From the NCBI RefSeq assembly GCF_003334405.1, contig NZ_QOWM01000017.1: DNA of 64,000 nucleotides. One strand, written 5' to 3'. The notes beneath the pieces were generated by a model, which saw only the letters and a list, made by a program, of their open reading frames with translations, had not been told where the DNA came from and did not search any database. The position numbers and the translations under genes were made by a program. Shown piece after piece: positions 1 to 13,574 of this stretch (the first letter of the stretch is position 1; the number at the start of each line of letters is the position of its first letter). The DNA comes from Escherichia coli (GTDB taxonomy: Bacteria > Pseudomonadota > Gammaproteobacteria > Enterobacterales > Enterobacteriaceae).

Positions 1-927
1 CTGAAACGTGCGTGGCGCACTTCTGCACTTTTTGAACAGGCACTGGCGGGCCATATTGGTATTCGCAGTGGGCGTATTGCGCGTGAGGCGGCAACTATCC
101 TGATTGAGAAAGGAATCGAAGAGAAAAAAGCCATCGAATGGGCGGCAAAAATTGCAGATTATCTTGGGAAAGCTAAAAACGACAAAAAACCAAAAGATCC
201 GCTCACTAACGCCGAAACTGAACAGTTAGTCCATATCAGCCCGGCAGAATTTGACGCCGTAAAAGTGCTGGCCCATCAGCTTGCAGAAGAAAAGCGCGCG
301 CCAAAAGAGGAAGATCTCGCGTTGTTACGCAAAGACCGTATGGCGGTAGATATTGCCATGTTTGGTCGTATGCTGGCGAATAAACCCGAGTTTAATGTTG
401 AAGCCGCCTGCCAGGTAGCGCACGCATTTGGTGTCAGTGAAACGATTGTCGAAGATGATTTTTTCACCGCCGTTGATGATTTGCGCCAGGCTTCTGAAGA
501 TGCCGGTGCCGGGCATCTTGGTGAAACCGGATTCGGTTCTGCACTGTTCTACACCTATATCTGCATTGATAAAGATCTGCTGGTCGAAAACCTTGGCGGT
601 GACGAAGCGTTAGCTAATCAGACCATACGTGCCTTTACGGAAGCCGCACTTAAAGTCTCCCCAACCGGCAAACAGAACAGCTTTGCCAGCCGTGCCTACG
701 CCTCCTGGGCGCTGGCAGAAAAAGGCACCGATCAACCGCGTTCTCTGGCGGCAGCTTTCTATGAACCCATTAATGGCACCCGTCAGTTAGAGGTGGCGGT
801 GCAGCGTATTACAACTCTTCGCGAAAATATGAATACGGTCTACGAACAGAAGACCGATTACGCAAGTTTTGACGTGATGAACAAACAGGGAAGCATGAAG
901 GACGTGCTGGACTTTATCTGCGCGTAA
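1..927 (+). CDS. casC: Cascade subunit CasC/Cas7e, C-terminal ~309 codons (5' end lies outside the window)
   Basis: Frame 1 is open from base 1 to the stop at 925-927 (the track ORF 265..927 is only its Met-initiated tail). Sits immediately upstream of casD-casE-cas1-cas2 in the canonical type I-E order. Confidence 0.75.
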   Translation: MKRAWRTSALFEQALAGHIGIRSGRIAREAATILIEKGIEEKKAIEWAAKIADYLGKAKNDKKPKDPLTNAETEQLVHISPAEFDAVKVLAHQLAEEKRAPKEEDLALLRKDRMAVDIAMFGRMLANKPEFNVEAACQVAHAFGVSETIVEDDFFTAVDDLRQASEDAGAGHLGETGFGSALFYTYICIDKDLLVENLGGDEALANQTIRAFTEAALKVSPTGKQNSFASRAYASWALAEKGTDQPRSLAAAFYEPINGTRQLEVAVQRITTLRENMNTVYEQKTDYASFDVMNKQGSMKDVLDFICA

Positions 928-937
928 GGGGCGGCTT

Positions 938-1684
938 ATGAGCCAATATCTGATTTTTCAGCTTCATGGGCCGATGGCGTCCTGGGGTGTCGATGCTCCA
1001 GGTGAAGTTCGTCATACCCATGAACTTCCTTCGCGCTCAGCATTGCTGGGGCTACTGGCTGCCGGGGTAGGGATTCGGCGTGATGATACCGAACGCTTAA
1101 ACGCGTTTAATCGCCACTATTCACTGGTGGTTTGCGCCAGCCGTAACCCGCGCTGGGCACGGGATTATCACACGGTCCAGATGCCAAAAGAGGTGCGTAA
1201 AGCACGTTATTTCAGCCGTCGCGAAGAGTTGAGCGACCCTGAGCTTTTGAGCGCGATTATCTCCCGGCGCGACTACTACACCGATGCCTGGTGGATGGTG
1301 GCGGTGGCAACAACCCCCGATGCGCCTTACAGCCTCGAACAGTTGCAGGACGGTTTACGCCATCCGGTTTTTCCGCTTTATCTGGGGCGAAAAAGTCATC
1401 CGCTGGCGTTACCACTTGCGCCGTTACTGCTCGAAGGCAACGCGTCTGATGTCTTACGTAACGCATACCAACAGTATCAGGATCGTTTCCGCGAACTGAA
1501 AGTCTCACTCCCGAAACTTCAGGATGAATGCTGGTGGGAAGGGGAGCACGATGGTTTGGTCGCAAGCAAAATATTACGCCGCCGGGATGTTCCTTTAAAT
1601 CGTCAGCAGTGGCTGTTTGGGGAACGCACCATCAATCAGGGGCCGTGGCTCAGCAAGGAGGAACCATGTACCTCTCAAGAATAA
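938..1684 (+). CDS. casD: Cascade subunit CasD/Cas5e (248 aa)
   Basis: Track ORF 938..1684; position between casC and casE; N-terminus has the Cas5e-like pattern (LIFQLHGPMASWG) but is divergent from the K-12 protein as I recall it. Confidence 0.75.
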   Translation: MSQYLIFQLHGPMASWGVDAPGEVRHTHELPSRSALLGLLAAGVGIRRDDTERLNAFNRHYSLVVCASRNPRWARDYHTVQMPKEVRKARYFSRREELSDPELLSAIISRRDYYTDAWWMVAVATTPDAPYSLEQLQDGLRHPVFPLYLGRKSHPLALPLAPLLLEGNASDVLRNAYQQYQDRFRELKVSLPKLQDECWWEGEHDGLVASKILRRRDVPLNRQQWLFGERTINQGPWLSKEEPCTSQE

Positions 1685-2312
1685 CCTTACATACCGGCCA
1701 GCTTTCGCCTGCGCAGTTGCTGCATCTGGTGGATCGCGGTGAATATGTGATGCATCAGTGGTTGTGGGATCTCTTCCCTGGCGGCAAAGAAAGGCAATTT
1801 CTTTATCGTCGGGAAGAACTCCAGGGCGCGTTTCGCTTTTTTGTCCTCTCGCAGGAACGCCCGGCGGAAAGTGAAACTTTCACCATCGAATGCCGGTCAT
1901 TTACGCCCGAGCTGAGTACCGGACAACAACTTTGTTTCAACCTGCGGGCGAATCCAACAATCTGTAAAGCGGGCAAGCGCCACGATCTGCTGATGGAGGC
2001 GAAACGGCAGGTGAGGGGACAGGCGGAAGGAAGTGATGTCTGGTTGCATCAACAACAGGCGGCGCTGGACTGGCTGGCAGCGCAGGGGGAAAGAAGTGGT
2101 TTTACACTACTGGATACCTCGGTTGATGCCTACCGACAACAACAACTCCGGCGGGAAAACTCCTGGCAACTGATCCAGTTCAGTAGTGTGGATTATACGG
2201 GGATGCTTACGGTCACCGATCCTGGGTTATTTCTGCAACGTCTCAGTCAGGGGTATGGCAAAAGCCGGGCGTTCGGTTGTGGTCTGATGCTGATCAAACC
2301 TGGAGCAGAGGC

Positions 2313-2316
<4 letters not shown>
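1666..2316 (+). CDS. casE: CRISPR repeat endoribonuclease CasE/Cas6e (216 aa)
   Basis: Track ORF 1528..2316; start moved to ATG 1666 (MYLSRITL..., the conserved Cas6e N-terminus), 19-bp overlap with casD; C-terminal GCG motif (FGCGLM); 4-bp overlap with cas1. Confidence 0.8.
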
Positions 2317-3526
<1,210 letters not shown>

Positions 3527-3622
3527 GTTATCCGTTCTTTAAAAATAAGGAAATGTTTTAATTTAGTTGGTAGATTGTTGATGCGGAATAAATTTGTTTA
3601 AAAACAGTTATGTATGCTTAGT
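3527..3622 (+). promoter_or_regulatory. CRISPR leader (AT-rich; expected array promoter and IHF/integration-proximal region)
   Basis: 96-bp AT-rich segment between the cas2 stop and the first repeat; leader identity inferred from position and composition. Confidence 0.65.
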
Positions 3623-4688
3623 GTGTTCCCCGCGCCAGCGGGGATAAACCGAACATTAAATTGCCGTGCTGGATGAATCGCGGGTGTTCCCCGCGCCAGC
3701 GGGGATAAACCCTGGATCAGCTGGTTCAATCGTTTACAGCACTGGTGTTCCCCGCGCCAGCGGGGATAAACCGTCGAAAAACTTCGTCCTGAAAAAATTC
3801 ATCATGTGTTCCCCGCGCCAGCGGGGATAAACCGGCAGTAAATTATTTGACCTCGTTGATAATCCCGTGTTCCCCGCGCCAGCGGGGATAAACCGCCGGT
3901 GCAACTGATATTGATAAACGTCGACTCGTGTTCCCCGCGCCAGCGGGGATAAACCGACACCCGACCGCTAACCGATTTCGTTACAGTAGTGTTCCCCGCG
4001 CCAGCGGGGATAAACCGTGTATCACCGAAAGAATGGTTTGACGCGCAGGGTGTTCCCCGCGCCAGCGGGGATAAACCGACGTCTATCATTTTCAGTACAA
4101 GCTGGGTTTTGTGTTCCCCGCGCCAGCGGGGATAAACCGGACGATCCCGAGATTCACAGAGTTACAACTAAGTGTTCCCCGCGCCAGCGGGGATAAACCG
4201 GAAATTTTCACATGGATTGTAGCCCTGTATATGTGTTCCCCGCGCCAGCGGGGATAAACCGGCCAGGCGGTCGGATTAGGTGCAAATCAAAATGTGTTCC
4301 CCGCGCCAGCGGGGATAAACCGCGCTGGCGGTGCGAGTGCTGGAGGCGCTGAAAGTGTTCCCCGCGCCAGCGGGGATAAACCGCAGGAGACGGCCAGCCG
4401 GAACGGCGGCGGCGTGTGTTCCCCGCGCCAGCGGGGATAAACCGATTGTTATAATTATTTATTGAAATATCATTCCGTGTTCCCCGCGCCAGCGGGGATA
4501 AACCGAATCTATTGTGAATTTGAAATGGTCCAGCACTGTGTTCCCCGCGCCAGCGGGGATAAACCGGGTAAAAACACGGTCTGAACCGACATTCATGTGT
4601 GTTCCCCGCGTCAGCGGGGATAAACCGGGCGCACTGGATGCGATGATGGATATCACTTGGAGTTCCCCCGCCCCTGCGGTAGAACTCC
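3623..4688 (+). CRISPR. Type I-E CRISPR array: 18 x 29-bp repeats, 17 x 32-bp spacers
   Basis: Repeat GTGTTCCCCGCGCCAGCGGGGATAAACCG starts at 3623, 3684, 3745, ... 4599 with exact 61-bp period; repeat 2 ends in C, repeat 17 has C>T (GCGTCAGC), and terminal repeat 4660-4688 (GAGTTCCCCCGCCCCTGCGGTAGAACTCC) is degenerate. Spacers are unique. Confidence 0.97.
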
Positions 4689-4709
4689 CAGCTCCCATTT
4701 TCAAACCCA

Positions 4710-5747
4710 TCAAGACGCCTTCGCCAGCTCCTTCACCAACGGTAGCATTATCCGCATAACGTCACGGCAGCGACGTTCTATTCTTCCAGGAAGTGCCTTA
4801 TCAATATGCTGTTGATTATCCAGTCTTACGTCATGCCAGCTATTTCCCGCAGGGAATGCGGCTGTTTTTGCGCGTTGCTGATAACCATCCTTATTCCCAA
4901 GATTCCAGTTAGTCGCTTCCACCGAAAGTACAGCAATGCCCGCTTTGTCGAATATTTCTGCGTCATTACAACACCCAGTGCCTTTCGGATAATTTTTATT
5001 CAAACCCGGATTGGTCGTTGCGGCTATTCCGTGACTGCGCGCAATTGCCAGCGCCCTGTCGCGCGTTAATTTCCTTACTGCTTCAGGGGTTTTTACACCG
5101 CTGTTGAAATACAATTTATCGCCAACAATTAAGTTATCGAGATTAATCACCAGCAGCGTATTTTTCTTTTCGGTGTCACTCATCCGCTTGAGTAAATTCT
5201 CAGCGCCTAATTTCCCTTCCTCTTCGCCGCTGGTCGCCACAAATCGAATACCATACTCGGTAGGCGTATTTTTCAGGCGTTCTGCCAATTCCAGCATGAC
5301 ACCTAAACCTGCGGCGTTATCATCCATTCCTTGTAACGTCAGCCCGCCGAGATTGGCATCGGCGTCAGCATCGCTCAGCGGGGCGTAAGTATCCAGATGC
5401 GCCATAATGATGATCTGCTGCGGCGCTTTGCCTTCATGAGCGGCAATCACCGTACTTCCTGTCACGTTATGCCAGTTCTTGCGATTATCGCGGGCGGTAT
5501 AAATATACCGACTATTAAATGTCCGAATATCACTGCGATAACCCATTTGCTGAAACTGTTGGCGAATATAATCGGCAGATAACATTTCTGCTGGAGTTCC
5601 GGTCATGCGTCCCGGAAAGAAAGTAGCAATATGTCGTGCCTGGGTATTAGCAAAATCGCCAGGTTTAGGTGACGAGGCGTGTACGGGGAGAATAAAGCAT
5701 ACGCCGAGCGCTAGGGCAGCGGTACGGTGGCGCAATGCGGAAAACAT
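4710..5747 (-). CDS. iap: Alkaline phosphatase isozyme conversion aminopeptidase (345 aa)
   Basis: Track ORF 4710..5747 (-); signal-peptide-like N-terminus, M28-type peptidase motifs; conserved position between CRISPR array and cysD. Confidence 0.9.
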   Translation of the reverse strand: MFSALRHRTAALALGVCFILPVHASSPKPGDFANTQARHIATFFPGRMTGTPAEMLSADYIRQQFQQMGYRSDIRTFNSRYIYTARDNRKNWHNVTGSTVIAAHEGKAPQQIIIMAHLDTYAPLSDADADANLGGLTLQGMDDNAAGLGVMLELAERLKNTPTEYGIRFVATSGEEEGKLGAENLLKRMSDTEKKNTLLVINLDNLIVGDKLYFNSGVKTPEAVRKLTRDRALAIARSHGIAATTNPGLNKNYPKGTGCCNDAEIFDKAGIAVLSVEATNWNLGNKDGYQQRAKTAAFPAGNSWHDVRLDNQQHIDKALPGRIERRCRDVMRIMLPLVKELAKAS

Positions 5748-5998
5748 AGTGAGTCCTTAAATACCATGCAAATTTTTTTACCGCCATAGTATGAAACTGC
5801 CGCTGCGCTAAAACAATTTCAAATCTTCCTAAACGCCCGAAATCCGGTGCCTTAAGCACTTTTTGATATTAGCTTTGCCAAATCGTTATTCCGTTAAGGA
5901 ACTACTCATTCTAATTGGTAATTTCATTCGTTCTCTTACGCTCCCTATAGTCGAAACATCTGATGGCAAGAAAATAGCGGTATTGCAAAGGAACGGTT

Positions 5999-6907
5999 AT
6001 GGATCAAATACGACTTACTCACCTGCGGCAACTGGAGGCGGAAAGCATCCACATTATTCGCGAGGTGGCGGCAGAATTCTCAAATCCGGTGATGCTCTAC
6101 TCTATCGGTAAAGATTCCAGCGTCATGCTGCATCTGGCGCGCAAGGCGTTTTATCCAGGTACGCTGCCTTTCCCGTTGCTGCATGTCGATACCGGCTGGA
6201 AATTCCGCGAGATGTATGAGTTCCGCGATCGTACGGCGAAAGCCTACGGCTGCGAGCTGCTGGTGCATAAAAACCCGGAAGGCGTGGCGATGGGGATTAA
6301 TCCATTCGTGCACGGCAGCGCGAAACATACCGATATTATGAAAACTGAAGGCCTGAAACAGGCGCTGAACAAATACGGTTTTGATGCCGCCTTCGGTGGT
6401 GCGCGCCGTGACGAAGAGAAATCCCGCGCTAAAGAGCGAATCTACTCTTTCCGTGACCGCTTCCATCGCTGGGATCCGAAAAATCAGCGCCCAGAGCTGT
6501 GGCACAACTACAACGGGCAAATTAACAAAGGCGAAAGCATCCGCGTCTTCCCGCTCTCTAACTGGACCGAGCAGGATATCTGGCAATACATCTGGCTGGA
6601 AAATATCGACATTGTGCCGCTGTATCTCGCTGCGGAACGTCCGGTTCTGGAACGCGACGGTATGTTGATGATGATTGATGACAACCGTATCGACCTGCAA
6701 CCGGGCGAAGTGATTAAAAAACGGATGGTGCGTTTCCGTACGCTGGGCTGCTGGCCGCTGACCGGTGCGGTGGAGTCAAATGCACAAACACTACCGGAGA
6801 TCATCGAAGAGATGCTGGTTTCTACCACCAGTGAACGTCAGGGCCGCGTGATTGACCGCGACCAGGCGGGGTCTATGGAGCTGAAAAAACGTCAGGGGTA
6901 TTTTTAA
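5999..6907 (+). CDS. cysD: Sulfate adenylyltransferase subunit 2
   Basis: Track ORF 302 aa; recognisable CysD sequence; followed 1 bp later by cysN. Confidence 0.95.
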   Translation: MDQIRLTHLRQLEAESIHIIREVAAEFSNPVMLYSIGKDSSVMLHLARKAFYPGTLPFPLLHVDTGWKFREMYEFRDRTAKAYGCELLVHKNPEGVAMGINPFVHGSAKHTDIMKTEGLKQALNKYGFDAAFGGARRDEEKSRAKERIYSFRDRFHRWDPKNQRPELWHNYNGQINKGESIRVFPLSNWTEQDIWQYIWLENIDIVPLYLAAERPVLERDGMLMMIDDNRIDLQPGEVIKKRMVRFRTLGCWPLTGAVESNAQTLPEIIEEMLVSTTSERQGRVIDRDQAGSMELKKRQGYF

Positions 6908-6908
6908 G

Positions 6909-8336
6909 ATGAACACCGCACTTGCACAACAAATCGCCAATGAAGGCGGCGTCGAAGCCTGGATGATTGCGCAACAACATAAAAGCCTGCTGCGTTTTCT
7001 GACCTGTGGTAGCGTCGATGACGGCAAAAGTACCCTGATTGGTCGCCTGCTGCACGATACCCGCCAAATCTACGAAGATCAGCTCTCATCGCTGCATAAC
7101 GACAGTAAACGTCACGGCACCCAGGGCGAAAAGCTGGATCTGGCACTGCTGGTGGACGGCCTGCAAGCTGAGCGCGAACAGGGCATCACCATTGACGTGG
7201 CTTACCGCTATTTCTCTACCGAGAAGCGTAAATTTATTATCGCCGACACCCCAGGGCACGAGCAGTACACCCGCAATATGGCGACTGGCGCATCGACATG
7301 TGAACTGGCGATCTTACTGATCGATGCCCGTAAAGGCGTGCTCGATCAAACCCGTCGTCACAGTTTTATCTCCACACTGTTGGGGATCAAACATCTGGTC
7401 GTGGCGATCAACAAAATGGATCTGGTGGATTACAGTGAAAAGACGTTCACCCGTATTCGTGAAGATTATCTGACCTTTGCCGGGCAGCTGCCGGGTAATC
7501 TGGATATCCGCTTTGTGCCGCTCTCTGCACTGGAAGGCGACAACGTGGCTTCGCAAAGTGAAAGTATGGCGTGGTACAGCGGTCCAACACTGCTCGAAGT
7601 GCTGGAAACCGTGGAGATCCAGCGAGTGGTGGATGCTCAGCCAATGCGCTTCCCGGTGCAGTACGTTAATCGCCCGAATCTCGATTTTCGTGGTTACGCC
7701 GGAACGCTGGCATCCGGTCGCGTAGAAGTCGGGCAACGAGTCAAAGTGCTGCCCTCTGGTGTGGAATCAAACGTCGCCCGGATCGTGACTTTTGATGGCG
7801 ATCGCGAAGAAGCCTTTGCCGGAGAAGCGATCACCCTGGTGCTGACGGATGAGATCGACATCAGCCGTGGCGATCTGCTGCTGGCGGCAGACGAAGCGTT
7901 ACCAGCTGTGCAGAGCGCGTCGGTGGATGTGGTATGGATGGCGGAACAGCCGCTTTCCCCGGGCCAGAGTTATGACATCAAAATTGCCGGTAAGAAGACG
8001 CGTGCTCGTGTTGATGGCATTCGTTATCAGGTTGATATTAATAACCTTACCCAACGCGAAGTTGAAAACCTGCCGCTGAACGGCATCGGCCTGGTGGATC
8101 TCACTTTTGACGAGCCACTGGTGTTAGATCGTTATCAGCAAAACCCGGTTACCGGTGGGCTGATTTTTATCGATCGCCTGAGCAATGTGACCGTAGGTGC
8201 CGGTATGGTGCATGAGCCAGTTAGCCAGGCAACTGCTGCGCCATCTGAATTTAGTGCATTCGAACTGGAATTGAATGCCCTGGTTCGCCGCCACTTTCCA
8301 CACTGGGGCGCGCGCGATTTGCTGGGGGATAAATAA
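6909..8336 (+). CDS. cysN: Sulfate adenylyltransferase subunit 1 (GTPase)
   Basis: Track ORF 475 aa; GTP-binding motifs GSVDDGKST and DTPGH; cysDNC operon order. Confidence 0.95.
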   Translation: MNTALAQQIANEGGVEAWMIAQQHKSLLRFLTCGSVDDGKSTLIGRLLHDTRQIYEDQLSSLHNDSKRHGTQGEKLDLALLVDGLQAEREQGITIDVAYRYFSTEKRKFIIADTPGHEQYTRNMATGASTCELAILLIDARKGVLDQTRRHSFISTLLGIKHLVVAINKMDLVDYSEKTFTRIREDYLTFAGQLPGNLDIRFVPLSALEGDNVASQSESMAWYSGPTLLEVLETVEIQRVVDAQPMRFPVQYVNRPNLDFRGYAGTLASGRVEVGQRVKVLPSGVESNVARIVTFDGDREEAFAGEAITLVLTDEIDISRGDLLLAADEALPAVQSASVDVVWMAEQPLSPGQSYDIKIAGKKTRARVDGIRYQVDINNLTQREVENLPLNGIGLVDLTFDEPLVLDRYQQNPVTGGLIFIDRLSNVTVGAGMVHEPVSQATAAPSEFSAFELELNALVRRHFPHWGARDLLGDK

Positions 8337-8941
8337 TGGCGCTGCATGACGAAAACGTCGTCTGGCATAGCCATCCGGTCACTGTGCAACAACGCGAGCT
8401 ACACCACGGTCATCGTGGTGTAGTGCTGTGGTTTACCGGCCTCTCCGGGTCCGGTAAATCAACGGTCGCCGGGGCGCTGGAGGAGGCGTTACATAAACTC
8501 GGCGTCAGTACGTATCTGCTGGATGGCGATAATGTTCGCCACGGATTATGTAGCGATCTCGGTTTTAGCGATGCCGATCGTAAAGAGAATATCCGTCGCG
8601 TCGGTGAAGTGGCGAATTTGATGGTTGAAGCCGGACTGGTGGTGCTGACCGCATTTATCTCGCCACACCGCGCCGAACGCCAGATGGTTCGTGAACGCGT
8701 AGGAGAAGGGCGCTTTATCGAAGTGTTTGTCGATACGCCGCTGGCGATTTGCGAAGCCCGCGATCCAAAAGGCTTATATAAGAAAGCGCGTGCCGGTGAA
8801 CTGCGCTACTTTACGGGAATAGATTCCGTTTACGAAGCGCCTGAATCGGCAGAAATTCATCTCAATGGTGAACAATTAGTAACAAATTTGGTACAGCAAT
8901 TATTAGATCTGTTGAGACAGAACGATATTATCAGATCCTGA
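8336..8941 (+). CDS. cysC: Adenylylsulfate (APS) kinase
   Basis: Track ORF 201 aa; P-loop GLSGSGKST; start overlaps the cysN stop. Confidence 0.95.
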   Translation: MALHDENVVWHSHPVTVQQRELHHGHRGVVLWFTGLSGSGKSTVAGALEEALHKLGVSTYLLDGDNVRHGLCSDLGFSDADRKENIRRVGEVANLMVEAGLVVLTAFISPHRAERQMVRERVGEGRFIEVFVDTPLAICEARDPKGLYKKARAGELRYFTGIDSVYEAPESAEIHLNGEQLVTNLVQQLLDLLRQNDIIRS

Positions 8942-8990
8942 GACACCACCGGGTTTCCATGCCCGGTTCGTCAAAGTAACAGGATCAAAT

Positions 8991-9314
8991 ATGCGTAATA
9001 GCCATAACATTACACTAACAAATAACGACAGCCTTACTGAGGATGAAGAAACCACATGGTCACTGCCTGGTGCCGTGGTCGGTTTTATCTCCTGGTTATT
9101 TGCGCTGGCGATGCCGATGTTGATTTATGGCTCTAACACGCTGTTCTTCTTTATCTACACCTGGCCTTTCTTTCTTGCGCTGATGCCCGTCGCGGTAGTG
9201 GTGGGGATTGCGCTGCATTCATTGATGGACGGAAAGCTACGCTACAGTATTGTTTTCACCCTGGTGACAGTAGGCATTATGTTTGGCGCACTGTTTATGT
9301 GGCTACTGGGCTAA
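8991..9314 (+). CDS. ygbE: Small inner-membrane protein YgbE (107 aa)
   Basis: Track ORF; hydrophobic segments; conserved position between cysC and ftsB. Confidence 0.8.
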   Translation: MRNSHNITLTNNDSLTEDEETTWSLPGAVVGFISWLFALAMPMLIYGSNTLFFFIYTWPFFLALMPVAVVVGIALHSLMDGKLRYSIVFTLVTVGIMFGALFMWLLG

Positions 9315-9507
9315 TTTGTACTTTCCCGTCTCCTCTGTTCATAATTCAAACCGTAACTAATAATGAGATTATGTTCTGCACGCCCTGGGTATACGTAACA
9401 ATGGACAAATGTGGTACATTTGCCCGCGTTGTCGCGGTATCCCCAACAGAGGATGTAGAGTCGTCTTCGGATGCATGGGATGATGATGCCGTTTTTCAGG
9501 GGGCAGG

Positions 9508-9819
9508 ATGGGTAAACTAACGCTGCTGTTGCTGGCTATTCTGGTCTGGCTACAGTATTCGCTGTGGTTCGGTAAGAACGGTATACATGACTATACCCGC
9601 GTCAATGATGATGTGGCGGCACAGCAAGCTACAAACGCGAAACTTAAAGCGCGAAACGATCAACTTTTTGCCGAAATTGACGATCTCAATGGCGGCCAGG
9701 AGGCGCTCGAAGAGCGTGCGCGTAATGAACTCAGCATGACCAGGCCGGGCGAAACTTTTTATCGTCTGGTGCCTGACGCGTCGAAGCGCGCACAGTCTGC
9801 GGGGCAAAACAATCGATAA
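9508..9819 (+). CDS. ftsB: Cell division protein FtsB
   Basis: Track ORF 103 aa; N-terminal TM segment followed by coiled coil; immediately upstream of ispD. Confidence 0.9.
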
Positions 9820-9837
9820 ATCAGCCCGGGAATTAAC

Positions 9838-10548
9838 ATGGCAACCACTCATTTGGATGTTTGCGCCGTGGTTCCGGCGGCCGGATTTGGCCGTCGAATG
9901 CAAACGGAATGTCCTAAGCAATATCTCTCAATCGGTAATCAAACCATTCTTGAACACTCGGTGCATGCGCTGCTGGCGCATCCCCGGGTGAAACGAGTCG
10001 TCATTGCCATAAGTCCTGGCGATAGCCGTTTTGCACAACTTCCTCTGGCGAATCATCCGCAAATCACCGTTGTAGATGGCGGTGATGAGCGTGCCGATTC
10101 CGTGCTGGCAGGTCTGAAAGCCGCTGGCGACGCGCAGTGGGTATTGGTGCATGACGCCGCTCGTCCTTGTTTGCATCAGGATGACCTCGCGCGATTGTTG
10201 GCGTTGAGCGAAACCAGCCGCACGGGGGGGATCCTCGCCGCACCAGTGCGCGATACTATGAAACGTGCCGAACCGGGCAAAAATGCCATTGCTCATACCG
10301 TTGATCGCAACGGCTTATGGCACGCGCTGACGCCGCAATTTTTCCCTCGTGAGCTGTTACATGACTGTCTGACGCGCGCTCTAAATGAAGGCGCGACTAT
10401 TACCGACGAAGCCTCGGCGCTGGAATATTGCGGATTCCATCCTCAGTTGGTCGAAGGCCGTGCGGATAACATTAAAGTCACGCGCCCGGAAGATTTGGCA
10501 CTGGCCGAGTTTTACCTCACCCGAACCATCCATCAGGAGAATACATAA
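9838..10548 (+). CDS. ispD: 2-C-methyl-D-erythritol 4-phosphate cytidylyltransferase
   Basis: Track ORF 236 aa; recognisable IspD; stop overlaps ispF start. Confidence 0.95.
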
Positions 10549-11027
10549 TGCGAATTGGACACGGTTTTGACGTACATGCCTTTGGCGGTGAAGGCCCAAT
10601 TATCATTGGTGGCGTACGCATTCCTTACGAAAAAGGATTGCTGGCGCATTCTGATGGCGACGTGGCGCTCCATGCGTTGACCGATGCATTGCTTGGCGCG
10701 GCGGCGCTGGGGGATATCGGCAAGCTGTTCCCGGATACCGATCCGGCATTTAAAGGTGCCGATAGCCGCGAGCTGCTACGCGAAGCCTGGCGTCGTATTC
10801 AGGCGAAGGGTTATACCCTTGGCAACGTCGATGTCACTATCATCGCTCAGGCACCGAAGATGTTGCCGCACATTCCACAAATGCGCGTGTTTATTGCCGA
10901 AGATCTCGGCTGCCATATGGATGATGTTAACGTGAAAGCCACTACTACGGAAAAACTGGGATTTACCGGACGTGGGGAAGGGATTGCCTGTGAAGCGGTG
11001 GCGCTACTCATTAAGGCAACAAAATGA
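10548..11027 (+). CDS. ispF: 2-C-methyl-D-erythritol 2,4-cyclodiphosphate synthase
   Basis: Track ORF 159 aa; [14 protein letters not shown]-terminus typical of IspF. Confidence 0.95.
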
Positions 11028-12053
11028 TTGAGTTTGATAATCTCACTTACCTCCACGGTAAACCGCAAGGCACCGGGCTGCTGAAAGCCAATCCGGAAGA
11101 CTTTGTGGTGGTGGAAGATTTGGGCTTTGAGCCTGATGGTGAAGGTGAGCATATTCTGGTTAGAATCCTCAAAAACGGCTGCAATACCCGTTTTGTGGCG
11201 GATGCACTGGCGAAATTCCTGAAAATTCATGCCCGTGAAGTCAGCTTCGCTGGGCAAAAAGACAAACATGCTGTTACGGAACAGTGGTTATGCGCTCGCG
11301 TGCCGGGCAAGGAAATGCCCGATCTGAGCGCCTTTCAACTGGAAGGCTGCCAGGTGCTGGAGTATGCGCGGCACAAGCGCAAGCTGCGTTTAGGGGCGCT
11401 GAAAGGAAACGCCTTTACCCTGGTTCTGCGCGAAGTGAGCAATCGCGATGACGTTGAACAACGTCTGAACGATATTTGCGTAAAAGGTGTACCGAACTAC
11501 TTCGGTGCCCAACGTTTTGGGATTGGCGGTAGCAACTTGCAGGGGGCGCAGCGCTGGGCGCAAACCAATACTCCGGTGCGCGATCGCAATAAACGGAGTT
11601 TTTGGTTGTCGGCAGCCCGCAGTGCGTTGTTTAATCAGATTGTTGCTGAGCGCCTCAAAAAAGCAGACGTTAATCAAGTTGTTGACGGCGATGCGCTACA
11701 ATTAGCCGGACGTGGTAGCTGGTTTGTCGCAACCACCGAAGAACTGGCGGAATTACAGCGTCGCGTTAACGATAAAGAGCTGATGATAACCGCCGCATTG
11801 CCGGGCAGTGGCGAATGGGGAACTCAGCGTGAAGCGCTGGCATTCGAACAAGCAGCTGTCGCCGCAGAAACTGAATTACAAGCTTTACTGGTGCGCGAAA
11901 AAGTTGAAGCCGCGCGCAGAGCGATGCTGCTGTATCCGCAACAATTAAGCTGGAATTGGTGGGATGACGTCACCGTAGAGATCCGTTTCTGGCTTCCGGC
12001 GGGTAGTTTTGCAACCAGCGTTGTCAGGGAACTTATCAACACAACAGGTGATT

Positions 12054-12073
<20 letters not shown>
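11024..12073 (+). CDS. truD: tRNA pseudouridine(13) synthase
   Basis: Track ORF 349 aa; conserved ispF-truD-surE-pcm order. Confidence 0.95.
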
Positions 12074-13435
<1,362 letters not shown>

Positions 13436-13574
13436 AACGTGAGGAAATACCTGGATTTTTCCTGGTTATTTTGCCGCAGGTCAGCGTATCGTGAACATCT
13501 TTTCCAGTGTTCAGTAGGGTGCCTTGCACGGTAATTATGTCACTGGTTATTAACCAATTTTTCCTGGGGGATAA

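Noticed and set aside
3802-4759. Track ORFs 3802..4089 (-), 4459..4713 (-) and 4514..4759 (+) across the CRISPR array
   Set aside because: Their translations are just iterated repeat-derived peptides (e.g. FIPAGAGNT recurring every 61 bp); artefacts of reading through CRISPR repeats.
9299-9520. 73-aa plus-strand ORF spanning the ygbE-ftsB intergenic region
   Set aside because: Overlaps the ygbE stop and ftsB start, lacks an obvious RBS and has no recognisable features; cannot be fully excluded as a small protein, but not supported.
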